DNA from: a virus
Reading direction: 5' to 3' (one strand)
DNA: 64,000 nucleotides
IMG/VR virus record: IMGVR_UViG_3300045988_119396
The position numbers and the translations under genes were made by a program. The first letter of the stretch is position 1. Every line of letters starts with the position of its first letter. Below the pieces are notes generated by a model, which saw nothing but the letters and a program-made list of their open reading frames with translations, did no database searches and was not told the DNA's origin. Positions 29,400-38,171 of the stretch are shown piece after piece.

Positions 29400-30300
29400 G
29401 CGTTTACAGAATTAATTCAAGTATTAATATAAATTAATATAAGAAGACGCGTATATAAGTAAAATTTATGGTATCTATAAGAATAACTTATATTTTGCAC
29501 TATTAATAAAATTTGATACACAAAACTTTTATTATACCACACTCCACACAATAACACAATACTATATTTAAAATAATATGTTTCACGTGAAACACGTCTA
29601 GTTTATAACAATTCTAAACCAATAAAAACTCTAACTTACTAAAATTTACTACTTTAAAATTATTCTAAACTAATACAAATTCTAACATTTAAAACATTCT
29701 AAACTGATAAAGATTATAAACTAATAATAAATACAGGTTAATATCATTTACAACATTATAAGAATTATCAATTTATAACTATTCTAAACTACTACTTTAC
29801 TTACTATTAGTTAGTAATAACTCTATATCTTTGATATAGTACATCTACTTGAGGCGGCTGCTACTAATTTACTTACAATAAGTAAGTAACATATACTTAT
29901 ATAACTAGATGTAACACCCTTAACACGTACATAATACTAAAATGTATATTATAGTAGAAACAACACAATAAGCACTAATAACGATAAGCACACGCTTATA
30001 TATGTATCTACACCTATACGCACGTTACTGTATACACTCAAGCCCTTGATGTATCAACGTTTATCACGCTTACATTATATATAATATACATACATAGTGC
30101 ATACATATACATATACTAGATACATCAAACACTAACTATATTTAACACGTTATAAAGCCTATTGCATCAACGATTATCGCACTTATCTAATAATAATCTA
30201 TAATAAAATACTTATAAGAATAAAATAAGCATAAATAAAAGCTCTTATAATTCTACCAATACAAAACACTAATGTGTCAAGTTTTCATAATGTTTTCATA
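29400..30300. other. G-depleted (A/C/T-only) noncoding segment with iteron-like repeats
   Basis: Plus strand nearly devoid of G. Four copies of ATTCTAAAC (29611, 29662, 29696, 29781). Palindrome CACGTGAAACACGTG (~29584). (CATA)n-like low complexity around 30060-30120. Confidence 0.6.
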
Positions 30301-30371
30301 AAGTAAATGAAAGCGGATAAAGCCTTATGAAATAAGGCTTTATAGCCAGTTGAATAATATCATCTTATAAT

Positions 30372-30731
30372 TTACTTACTGGAAGTCAACCCTTGTAAAA
30401 ACGCTTTAAGTGCTATTATATCAGTGTTTGAAAGGGCTTTACCATTGTATGTAACACCAGTTTTCAAAATGGTATCCAATTCATTATTATTGATAAGATT
30501 TTTATTATCTTTATTATCAGATAGACCGTATAAATAATCTAAACTTACATTATACAAGTTAGCTAATTTTAAAGCGTTTGTGCTGGTTAATATGTTTTTA
30601 CCGTGTTCAATATCTGAATAAGTACCGTGACTTTTTAAGTCAATTTTTTTAGCTATATCTTGCATTGTGTAACCTTTTTCAATTCTTAACTCTTTCAAAC
30701 GGGAAGCAGCCGTAAATCTATTGTACAACAT
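30372..30731 (-). CDS. XRE-family HTH transcriptional repressor (CI-like)
   Basis: ASRLKELRIEKGYTMQDIAKKIDLKSHGTYSDIEHGKNI matches the HTH_XRE pattern. Transcribed divergently from the tandem promoter-operator array. Confidence 0.7.
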   Translation of the reverse strand: MLYNRFTAASRLKELRIEKGYTMQDIAKKIDLKSHGTYSDIEHGKNILTSTNALKLANLYNVSLDYLYGLSDNKDNKNLINNNELDTILKTGVTYNGKALSNTDIIALKAFLQGLTSSK

Positions 30732-30883
30732 ATAAATTATTTTAACCTTTCATTTTTTAATATAATAGTAGAAACTATTTAATTGTTACTTTTTATTATA
30801 CCTTACAAACGTTATTATATCAAGGTTTTAACGGGTTTTTATAGTAGATGTTAGCAAACTTTTCAAAAAACATCAAAAAAGTG

Positions 30884-31348
30884 TTGACAAGCTACTAACA
30901 AGGGTTTATAGTGTTTATTGTCGATAAAGTCGACAACACAAAAACATATTTTTTAATTGTAAGCTTCCAATTTTTAAAAATTTTGAAAAAAGGAATTGAC
31001 AAGAAAAAACATATATGTTTTAATAACGTTGTCAATAAGGTCGACAAGTTGGAAGCCGTGAATTGACGGTATATAATATCAATTCATACTTAATTTAATA
31101 AATGCTTCCAGTAAAGGAAGCTACAAAATAAAGATTTTAAAAATCTTTAAAAAGTAGTTGACAAAATGGAAGTTATAAATTATATTAAGAGCGTCGATTA
31201 AATCGACAACTTATATAATAATTTTAGGAAGCTTCCACTTCCTAACCTTGAAAAATCAAGGGTAAAAAGATTTTTAAAATCTTTTTAAAAAGCTCTTGAC
31301 AAAATTCAAGGAAGCAATTATTATATAAATTGTCGATAAGGTCGACAA
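30884..31348 (+). promoter_or_regulatory. array of four tandem promoter + palindromic operator + hairpin modules (rightward)
   Basis: TTGACA at 30884, 30996, 31158 and 31296. Each is followed after 17 nt by a -10 (TATAGT, TTTAAT, TATATT, TTATAT). Each is then followed by the operator TTGTCGA-N5-TCGACAA at 30918-30936, 31029-31047, 31191-31209 and 31330-31348. GGAAGC/GCTTCC hairpins and A/T palindromes (AAAGATTTTTAAAATCTTT) lie between units. Confidence 0.6.
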
Positions 31349-31349
31349 A

Positions 31350-31800
31350 AAAATAAAGCCTCTGAGTTGGGGCTTCCGATAATACCAACTCAATAAGTCA
31401 AAATTTATTTTGTTTGGAAGTACGCCCCGTACGTGGGGCGGGGGTATAAATAGCGTACAAAACACCACTCTTCAGGTGGGGGTGGTGGGTAAAATAAACT
31501 ACTATCTAACCCCTGGGTAGCCCTGGGCGTTCTTTGGACAACTGAATAAAATTTCAAGGGTAGCTCCTTGAGAGTGGAAGCCGTCTTCACTATAAATAAT
31601 ACGGAAGAGCCACGGCAAGCATAGCCGTGACACTCGGCTCAAAGCGGGTTCAATAGGTGGAGTGCATCCTCCCTCGCTTTACTAGCAATGGTAAAGCGGT
31701 ACTATTGTACGTCAATAAAATGGAGAACCTGGCGGGGCTTGCTTAATAACCCGATACGGTAGGGGTTAGCCAGAACGGGCATGAAAACATTAATTCTACC
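31350..31800 (+). ncRNA. GC-rich, densely structured noncoding RNA candidate (~450 nt)
   Basis: No ORF. Sharply higher GC than the flanking sequence. At least ten local helices, including GAGTTGG/CCAACTC, GCCCC-GTACGT-GGGGC, CACCAC/GTGGTG, CTCAAGG/CCTTGAG, GAGCC..CACGGC/GCCGTG..GGCTC, AAAGCGGG/CCTCGCTTT and CTGGC/GCCAG. Downstream of the four tandem promoters and upstream of the first early gene. Confidence 0.45.
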
Positions 31801-31952
31801 AGACTATATATAAATATAGTTTAATGTTTGACAAAACTTGAGTAATCATACAACCTCTAATTTAACAAAATCAATAAATTGATTTTGTTATTAAGCACTA
31901 TGCAAGTAGTGTTTAATATAAAAATCAATAAAATTTAGAGGAGGTACTTATT

Positions 31953-32195
31953 ATGAGTACTAGATTACAAGAAACAACATACGTAAGAAGTGGTAAAGGT
32001 AAACGCTGGAGTTTGAAAGAAACAGAATACATTGATGATTACAGTATCAAGCTATTTGAAAAGCGTATCATTGGTACGGTAGGTTTCTTCAGAAATTTAG
32101 GTGGTACTGAAATTGTATCACGTACTGAATACATGGTGACGTCAATCAGTCCAGACAGTACCAAGAAAGTTGTAAGAAAATTATTATTGTATTAA
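31953..32195 (+). CDS. hypothetical early protein (first gene of early operon)
   Basis: 80 aa, SD AGAGGAGG 8 nt upstream of the ATG. Confidence 0.5.
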   Translation: MSTRLQETTYVRSGKGKRWSLKETEYIDDYSIKLFEKRIIGTVGFFRNLGGTEIVSRTEYMVTSISPDSTKKVVRKLLLY

Positions 32196-32213
32196 AAGTC
32201 TAGAGAAGAACTG

Positions 32214-32268
32214 AGGGTAGGTTAGTACATAGAAAAAATTCTATCAAGGTGCAAATCCTTGCTATCCT
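32214..32268 (+). ncRNA. miniature tRNA-like element (acceptor stem + T-arm, no anticodon loop)
   Basis: AGGGTAG...CAAGG-TGCAAAT-CCTTG-CTATCCT. 7-bp acceptor pairing with one G-U. T-arm with a 7-nt loop close to the TTCRANY consensus. Internal TAGAA-aaaa-TTCTA hairpin. 55 nt. Confidence 0.35.
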
Positions 32269-32319
32269 ATATCACTAGATTTTTCTAGTGAAAAAATAAA
32301 CATTGTGGAGGTAGTCAAA

Positions 32320-32565
32320 ATGATAGACTATATGGAATTATCACTAGATGAAAGAAGAAACTTATACAATGAATGGTGTAAAAATAAAAATAGATTGCTA
32401 TTCATGGATGAGTTCGCATACCGTGATTTTAAAAAAGAATTAGACAACGACAACGATGTGTGGGTTATATTTTGTGACGGTTTAGTGCTTGAAATAGTGC
32501 CAATGGATAAACTAGATGAAACACTAGAGGATTTAGTGGAATGTGGATATGAATTAGAGGACTAA
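32320..32565 (+). CDS. hypothetical acidic early protein
   Basis: ATG at 32320 after SD GTGGAGG. 81 aa. Confidence 0.5.
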   Translation: MIDYMELSLDERRNLYNEWCKNKNRLLFMDEFAYRDFKKELDNDNDVWVIFCDGLVLEIVPMDKLDETLEDLVECGYELED

Positions 32566-32591
32566 AAATAAATTTTAGGAGGTACATTACT

Positions 32592-32858
32592 ATGTACGAT
32601 AACAAAATAATTTTAGAGGCTACAATTTCATATACAGTTGATAGTGACCATCCAGACTGGCAATACATGAATGAAAAACAACAAAACGGTATAAATAAAT
32701 TTAGTGATGATTACTATTTTGACAAGAATTACTATTCAATCAGTGATAAAGATTACATGATTGAACATGCTAAACATGATTTACTGTTGGTTGCTGGTGG
32801 TGGATACAATTACGACCACGTACACAATGCAAAATTTAAATTCAAGTTTTATGATTAA
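32592..32858 (+). CDS. hypothetical early protein
   Basis: 88 aa, SD AGGAGG upstream. Confidence 0.5.
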   Translation: MYDNKIILEATISYTVDSDHPDWQYMNEKQQNGINKFSDDYYFDKNYYSISDKDYMIEHAKHDLLLVAGGGYNYDHVHNAKFKFKFYD

Positions 32859-32918
32859 AAGAATTTTTAGGTAGTAATTTCAGTCAAGAAAAGAATTTAA
32901 AGAATAGAGGTAATTAAA

Positions 32919-33302
32919 ATGAATGCACAAAAAGAAAAATTATATCTATCAAAGCCAGTATATGAAGTAAGAGTACGTTATAAAGGCGGTGGATGGTTTA
33001 GTGGTGATGAATTTAAAAGTGAAAGTTTAGATATAGCAAAAAAGACAGGGCTTGAAAATTATACACGTTGTGGAGCTTGTAACGGTGGATACCTTAAAAT
33101 AGAAAAAATTCAATATATCAACGGTTTAAAATCACTACCAATAAAAGAATTATTAGAATTTGTTGGTAGTGAAAAAGAATTTTTACTCAACAATAAAGTA
33201 ACTATTGAGGAGTATAAAGAAAAATTAGTAGATGACAATAGATTTAGCTACAGGGTAGCACCATCTTTTATAGAAATTGAAAAGAAACATACAAAAAAAT
33301 AA
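32919..33302 (+). CDS. hypothetical early protein
   Basis: 127 aa, SD AGAGGTAATTAAAATG. Confidence 0.5.
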   Translation: MNAQKEKLYLSKPVYEVRVRYKGGGWFSGDEFKSESLDIAKKTGLENYTRCGACNGGYLKIEKIQYINGLKSLPIKELLEFVGSEKEFLLNNKVTIEEYKEKLVDDNRFSYRVAPSFIEIEKKHTKK

Positions 33303-33321
33303 ATTTAGTGAGGTAAATATA

Positions 33322-33594
33322 ATGAATAAAAAGAATTTAGCAAAAAAATATTTAATGGATAACGTTGTAATTGACCTTGATTATATTGATGAAATTAAAT
33401 CACAACCTAGAGAACAAATTATATACATGGGTGGGGTCAAACACTGGTATATCAAAACAAAAACTAATTATGAAATTTTACAGAATGCAATCAACTATGC
33501 AAACTATAAAAATAAAATTAGTGATAGAAACTGGCGAACTGTAATTGCATTGTGGCAAGAAGTAGTTTATAGCAAATTAGAAAAGTTAGTGTAA
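33322..33594 (+). CDS. hypothetical early protein
   Basis: ATG at 33322 after SD AGTGAGG. The ORF track's upstream start overlaps the previous gene. Confidence 0.45.
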   Translation: MNKKNLAKKYLMDNVVIDLDYIDEIKSQPREQIIYMGGVKHWYIKTKTNYEILQNAINYANYKNKISDRNWRTVIALWQEVVYSKLEKLV

Positions 33595-33621
33595 AAAAGA
33601 ATTTTTTAGGAGGACTTTATC

Positions 33622-33828
33622 ATGAAAAATAAAATTGAATATGTAGGGTTTACTTATGATATAGATAACATTGATGTTGAATTTATCGTTAATGGTATAA
33701 AAAAGAATTTATACATTAGTGGTAAAGGTGTAGAAGAAATTTTAGACTTTATGGATTATCAAGAAAACGAAGATGTAGATATGATATTAGACAGTTATTT
33801 TGAAACATATAAGCAAGAAATATTTTAA
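33622..33828 (+). CDS. hypothetical acidic early protein
   Basis: 68 aa, SD AGGAGG. Confidence 0.5.
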   Translation: MKNKIEYVGFTYDIDNIDVEFIVNGIKKNLYISGKGVEEILDFMDYQENEDVDMILDSYFETYKQEIF

Positions 33829-33860
33829 CAAAAAAGAATTAATCAAGGGTGGTAATTGGG

Positions 33861-34073
33861 ATGAAAGTAACTTTAAAAAGAAATAATAGCTATGTAGCAA
33901 ACTATGAAGATATGTATTTTAGAGATTGCAAAGTGTTGGTATATAACACTTTATACGACAATATAGACAGTATGGAGGGTGCGAACGAAGAATTAAATTC
34001 AATTAGAAGTTGGGTTGACTTGGTAGACTTTGCAAACTCTCACGGTGGCAAAATGTTTATTGATGAAGATTAA
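33861..34073 (+). CDS. hypothetical early protein
   Basis: ATG at 33861 after GGGTGGTAATTGGG. 70 aa. Confidence 0.45.
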   Translation: MKVTLKRNNSYVANYEDMYFRDCKVLVYNTLYDNIDSMEGANEELNSIRSWVDLVDFANSHGGKMFIDED

Positions 34074-34107
34074 GCTAGAAAAGAATTTTTAAAGGTGGTA
34101 ATTAATC

Positions 34108-34494
34108 ATGAAAAAAATTAACGGTTTAAAAGTAGCTAATGTAATAACAATAATAGGTGTAGTTTGCTTAGGTGTATCTAATCATGAATACATTAAACAA
34201 AATAAGCAACTGAAAAAAGAAAATTTACACCAAGAAAAAGTAATTAAAAAGCAACGTCAAGAATTGACTTATAACGTCAAGAATTTAGACTTGCAAAGTG
34301 GCAGCATACTCAAAACAAGTAAATTTACGCTTGAATACTATGATGATAATAAAAAAGATTTTCACATGGTTATCTATCCTAACGATAAGAATTTAAGAGT
34401 AGTTAGTGAACAAGGTCAAGGTGCAAAGGGTGTAGAAATTGAAAGTGTACCTAGTGAATTTAAAGGCACTACTACAATAATTCAAGAAAAATAA
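34108..34494 (+). CDS. membrane-anchored early protein (N-terminal TM helix, coiled coil)
   Basis: VANVITIIGVVCLGV TM segment. SD AAAGGTGGTAATTAATCATG. Confidence 0.5.
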   Translation: MKKINGLKVANVITIIGVVCLGVSNHEYIKQNKQLKKENLHQEKVIKKQRQELTYNVKNLDLQSGSILKTSKFTLEYYDDNKKDFHMVIYPNDKNLRVVSEQGQGAKGVEIESVPSEFKGTTTIIQEK

Positions 34495-34605
34495 ATTTTA
34501 GTGTTGACAAGGAAAAATAAAGAAGTTATAATTCAGTTGTCAAGTTAAGAGTACAGAGAATAACTTGATAGCAAAAAATAAAATAATTTGAAAGAGGTAA
34601 TTATT

Positions 34606-35250
34606 ATGACAAACGAAGAAATTTTTGAAATTATGGGTGATGTGGTTAATGAATGGGGTTTATATATCGAAGATATAAATATATATACCAATGACCTAGA
34701 GGCTACTATTGTAGGTCAATATGATAGTAGAATTTACTACACTTACAACGATATAGATGAATTAGAAGGTAAGTCAGAAAAAGAAATTTTTGCAAGTTTA
34801 GAAAGTCAACTTATGGAAACACTAGAAGATTTTGATGCCGAAGAAGAGTTTGAAAACCTAGACATGAATGACGTAAGCATTTTAGAAAACATGAAACTTG
34901 ACGAAAAAGATTTTAAAGAAACCGTGTGGATGTATGAACAGAAACAGAAAGGTAAAGAAGTGTCAAGTTTTGAAATAGCTTTGACACATGAATTGCAAAA
35001 ACTAGGTCAATTAATGAATGATGAAGTTTATCCTGGTATGGTAGCTAGTTACGCTGTGGATATTTCAAGAGTTAGATGGTCAAATGAAATTTATGAGTAC
35101 ATGAAAGAAAAAAATATTGATATGACAAATGTAGATTATTATGACGTTAATTTCTTTAGCATTGTAAAAAGAGATAGTTTAATAACTGAGTTGTGGACTC
35201 AAGGCAAGAAAGATGAGGCAGTAAAACAATTTCAAAAACACGTATTTTAA
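34606..35250 (+). CDS. hypothetical highly acidic early protein
   Basis: ATG at 34606 after AAAGAGGTAATTATT. Asp/Glu-rich. Confidence 0.45.
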   Translation: MTNEEIFEIMGDVVNEWGLYIEDINIYTNDLEATIVGQYDSRIYYTYNDIDELEGKSEKEIFASLESQLMETLEDFDAEEEFENLDMNDVSILENMKLDEKDFKETVWMYEQKQKGKEVSSFEIALTHELQKLGQLMNDEVYPGMVASYAVDISRVRWSNEIYEYMKEKNIDMTNVDYYDVNFFSIVKRDSLITELWTQGKKDEAVKQFQKHVF

Positions 35251-35287
35251 AGAAATATATATATTTAGAGTCTAGAGAAGAAATAAA

Positions 35288-35344
35288 AAAGGTATCTAGT
35301 CGGTAGAAAGTTTACAACTTGTAAGGTTCGAATCCTTACTACCT
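35288..35344 (+). ncRNA. miniature tRNA-like element (acceptor stem, short D-like and stem-tetraloop arms, canonical T-arm)
   Basis: AAGGTAT-CTAGTCGGTAGA-AAGTTTACAACTTG-TAAGGTTCGAATCCTTA-CTACCTT. T-loop GGTTCGAATCC. D-loop-like AGTCGGTAG. 57 nt. Confidence 0.35.
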
Positions 35345-35395
35345 TATATATCCTAATTAGGATAGAAAAATAATTTTATATAGGAGGTATCTATC

Positions 35396-36022
35396 ATGAA
35401 AAAGTTTATAGATACAAACAAAAAAGAATTTTTAGTAAGTGAGAATTTATATCACGTTGACAACTACATTGATGAGTTGAAAAGCAATGGTATTCATGTA
35501 GTAAGTAATGTAGATATTCTTGATTATACAGAGGCTTTAGAAGATATTACTGAGGCTTTTCTTGATATAGTTGATGATTTAGAAGAAGGAAATAATTATT
35601 TCAGACTACCAACTCAAGAAGAATTAATACAAAAGTGGGTAGATAGTGGGTGGAAAGATTTAAACGAGCCATTCGACAAAGAGTTAGCAACTAGCTTTTA
35701 TTATAGTGATTGCATACGTGACGCTTTGAGTGAAGAGCCTTGCGAGTTTCTAAGTTGGTTAGATAGTGAAAGTAGATTTTTCACTTATGAAACAGTAAGT
35801 GAAGGTATGGATTTCTATGACTTAATAGAATATCATCCACTAACCAATGTAGAAAGCGATATGTTGCTAACTTATGATGATGAATTAAGAAAAAATTTAT
35901 TTGATGATTGGTTTTTTGTAGAAGATAAAGAAGGCAACCAAGAAGAATTTAGCTTAGAAAGTTTTCAATCATTAAACATGTATATGTTAAAAAACTACAA
36001 TGCGTTAGAAGTAACTAAGTAA
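35396..36022 (+). CDS. hypothetical highly acidic early protein
   Basis: 208 aa, SD AGGAGG, pervasive Asp/Glu. Confidence 0.5.
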   Translation: MKKFIDTNKKEFLVSENLYHVDNYIDELKSNGIHVVSNVDILDYTEALEDITEAFLDIVDDLEEGNNYFRLPTQEELIQKWVDSGWKDLNEPFDKELATSFYYSDCIRDALSEEPCEFLSWLDSESRFFTYETVSEGMDFYDLIEYHPLTNVESDMLLTYDDELRKNLFDDWFFVEDKEGNQEEFSLESFQSLNMYMLKNYNALEVTK

Positions 36023-36084
36023 AGAAAATTTTCTAAGAATTTCAGTAACAAAAAATAATTCAAATTAAAAGGGTGGTAATCAAT

Positions 36085-36282
36085 ATGTACGGACAAGAAT
36101 TTTACGGTGGTTTATTTATGATGAGTTTTGTTGCCTTGGTAATAATTTTGATGGGTAGCTATCATGCTGTTTGTTGGTTGTATAAAAGAAAAAGATTTAT
36201 TTTCAAGCTAATGTTATTCATACCATATACAATTTTGACTTTATTGTTGGTTGGTATCAAAGCATTAAACAATAGAATATAA
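36085..36282 (+). CDS. small membrane protein (2 TM)
   Basis: ATG at 36085 after AAAGGGTGGTAATCAAT. Hydrophobic. Confidence 0.45.
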   Translation: MYGQEFYGGLFMMSFVALVIILMGSYHAVCWLYKRKRFIFKLMLFIPYTILTLLLVGIKALNNRI

Positions 36283-36311
36283 AAAAATAATTATTAAAGG
36301 TGGTAATCAAA

Positions 36312-37139
36312 ATGACAAAAGAATTAGTAGAAACAGTAGTAGTAAAAGTAAATGCAAAAGATTTAGTTAGAAGTTATAAAGAAATTTTAGTACATGTTCA
36401 AAAGAAAGACTTTAGACCAATACTAGCAACAGTTAATCATGTAGTAGAAAACAATAAATTAACTTTAGTTGCTACTGATACACATTCACTAGGCAAGTTC
36501 ACTTTAGATTGTGAAAGTGACAGTGATGTTGAGTTTGCAGTACCTAGAAAAGTAATTCAAGCATTATCTAAGCTAAAAAATAAAGAATTAGTTAATGAAG
36601 AAATTATCCTTGAATTTTCTGATGACAAAATCAATTACATTGTGAATGGTAAGGAATTTATTAGCTCAATGACAGAAAGTAATTATCCAAGTGTTGAAAG
36701 AATTTTACCAGTAGTAAACGAAGATAGAAATATTACGTTCAATATTCGTGAATTAAAAGAATTTATCAAACATATTAAAGAAACTGGCTACCACAGAAAA
36801 GAGTGGAGCAATAAAACAATTCAATCAAATATTAAATTCATCAAAGGTCAATTCGTATTTAGTTATGAATACGAAGATGAAGAAGGTAAGGTATTCTACA
36901 AAAAAGAAAATATTAATTGCAATGTAACTAAGGGGTTCACTGATGATTATGATATTAATCTCAATATCTATGAATTAGAAAGACATGTAAATAAATTCTT
37001 AGTTGGTAACAAAACAATTACATTAGCTTTTGTTGAAAAAGAATTTATGAATAGTCAAAACGTAAGACCAATTCAAGTAACATACAACGGTATGAATAAT
37101 TACATTGGTGTGTTAGCACCAATGCGAGCATTTAAATAG
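36312..37139 (+). CDS. DnaN-like sliding clamp (beta-clamp homolog, 2-3 domain)
   Basis: LATVNHVVENNKLTLVATDTHSLGKF and MTESNYPSVERILPV match the DnaN signatures (l.atDg.rla ; EGNYPDY..viP). Confidence 0.55.
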   Translation: MTKELVETVVVKVNAKDLVRSYKEILVHVQKKDFRPILATVNHVVENNKLTLVATDTHSLGKFTLDCESDSDVEFAVPRKVIQALSKLKNKELVNEEIILEFSDDKINYIVNGKEFISSMTESNYPSVERILPVVNEDRNITFNIRELKEFIKHIKETGYHRKEWSNKTIQSNIKFIKGQFVFSYEYEDEEGKVFYKKENINCNVTKGFTDDYDINLNIYELERHVNKFLVGNKTITLAFVEKEFMNSQNVRPIQVTYNGMNNYIGVLAPMRAFK

Positions 37140-37211
37140 TAGAAAAATAAAAGAAAAATTAGTTAGAAAATCAATAACAAAAATAATTTAAAAATTAAAG
37201 GGTGGTTAATT

Positions 37212-37601
37212 ATGATGGAAAATAACTTATTTGTAGCACCAATGTTAGGCTGTGGCACTTTAGACTTAAATATCTTTTTTGAAAAATTAGACAATTACGA
37301 AGATACAGTGTTTTTGCATGATGAAGAATTTTCATATCAAAAATTAATAGAAGAAACAAAATTTAGGGCTGGTGATGACTGGAGTTTTAATGACCTAATG
37401 GAAACTTTAGACTACATGGCTGTTGATAGTGCATTAGGTCAAGTAACAAAATCAGAAAAATTTAATGAGTTTGATGACCTAGTACGTGAAAGTATAAACG
37501 GTTGGTATAACTACGCAGATAATAATTTATATTTTGACAATGAAGAAGAATTAGAAAAATTTGATGAATGGAAAGAATTTTCAGAATTATTAGATTTATA
37601 A
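37212..37601 (+). CDS. hypothetical acidic early protein
   Basis: 129 aa, SD AAAGGGTGGTTAATT. Confidence 0.45.
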   Translation: MMENNLFVAPMLGCGTLDLNIFFEKLDNYEDTVFLHDEEFSYQKLIEETKFRAGDDWSFNDLMETLDYMAVDSALGQVTKSEKFNEFDDLVRESINGWYNYADNNLYFDNEEELEKFDEWKEFSELLDL

Positions 37602-37614
37602 AGGGTGGTTAATT

Positions 37615-37854
37615 ATGAAAGTAAGAAATTTTAAAGAATTAAATAATGAATATCCAATGGTTGAGGAATTGGTAGTGTATAAACCAACTTTTAGGAAACG
37701 TGTTGATATTGTTGTAAATCAAGAAATAACTTTAGCTTTAGCAAGTAATATTGTTGCTTATGTAATACCAAGAAGTCTAAACAATAGAGTGAGAAAAGTT
37801 TGGGATATGGATTATATAGACAATCAGACAATCATTACAGTTGATTATGAATAA
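37615..37854 (+). CDS. hypothetical early protein
   Basis: 79 aa, SD AAGGGTGGTTAATT. Confidence 0.45.
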   Translation: MKVRNFKELNNEYPMVEELVVYKPTFRKRVDIVVNQEITLALASNIVAYVIPRSLNNRVRKVWDMDYIDNQTIITVDYE

Positions 37855-37883
37855 AGATTAAGAATTAAAAGGTGGTAATTGAA

Positions 37884-38123
37884 ATGAAAGAAAGAAAATT
37901 TAATGTGTACGTGAAAAATAGATTAGTGGGTCAAATAACATATGACAACTGGGTTTACTTTGATGATTATCGTACCAATGAATATGAAATTGATCTAGAT
38001 ATAAAAGATTTAGATGAGGCAATGGAAACTTTAATAGACTACTACATTAAAGATATACCTTGCAATTATGAAGATGTTGGTTTTGTTGAGTTAGTTAATA
38101 AAGAAAATTTAGTTGAAATTTAG
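37884..38123 (+). CDS. hypothetical early protein
   Basis: ATG at 37884 after AAAGGTGGTAATTGAA. Confidence 0.45.
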   Translation: MKERKFNVYVKNRLVGQITYDNWVYFDDYRTNEYEIDLDIKDLDEAMETLIDYYIKDIPCNYEDVGFVELVNKENLVEI

Positions 38124-38171
38124 TGTTCGGATAAAATAACGATTTTATAAACGTTATAAACGTTGTTATGT

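Noticed and set aside
28380-30300. Giant palindrome / hairpin-telomere (protelomerase target) hypothesis for the C-free/G-free arms
   Set aside because: The right arm is not the reverse complement of the left arm when compared base by base. Only the composition is mirrored.
30884-31348. Possible CRISPR array (four regularly recurring palindromic repeats with spacers)
   Set aside because: The recurring units each contain a -35/-10 promoter and a dyad operator. Spacing is irregular (112-160 bp). The repeats are palindromic operators, not CRISPR-type direct repeats. No cas genes are present.
31370-31440. tmRNA (GGGGC... start) within the structured region
   Set aside because: No tRNA-like 3' end with ..CCACCA, no tag-peptide reading frame, and the length and architecture do not fit.
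31274-31590. Two minus-strand ORFs (64 and 61 aa) inside the structured GC-rich region
   Set aside because: Poly-Pro/Gly artefacts of G-runs (PPPPPEEW). They overlap the predicted RNA and have no RBS.
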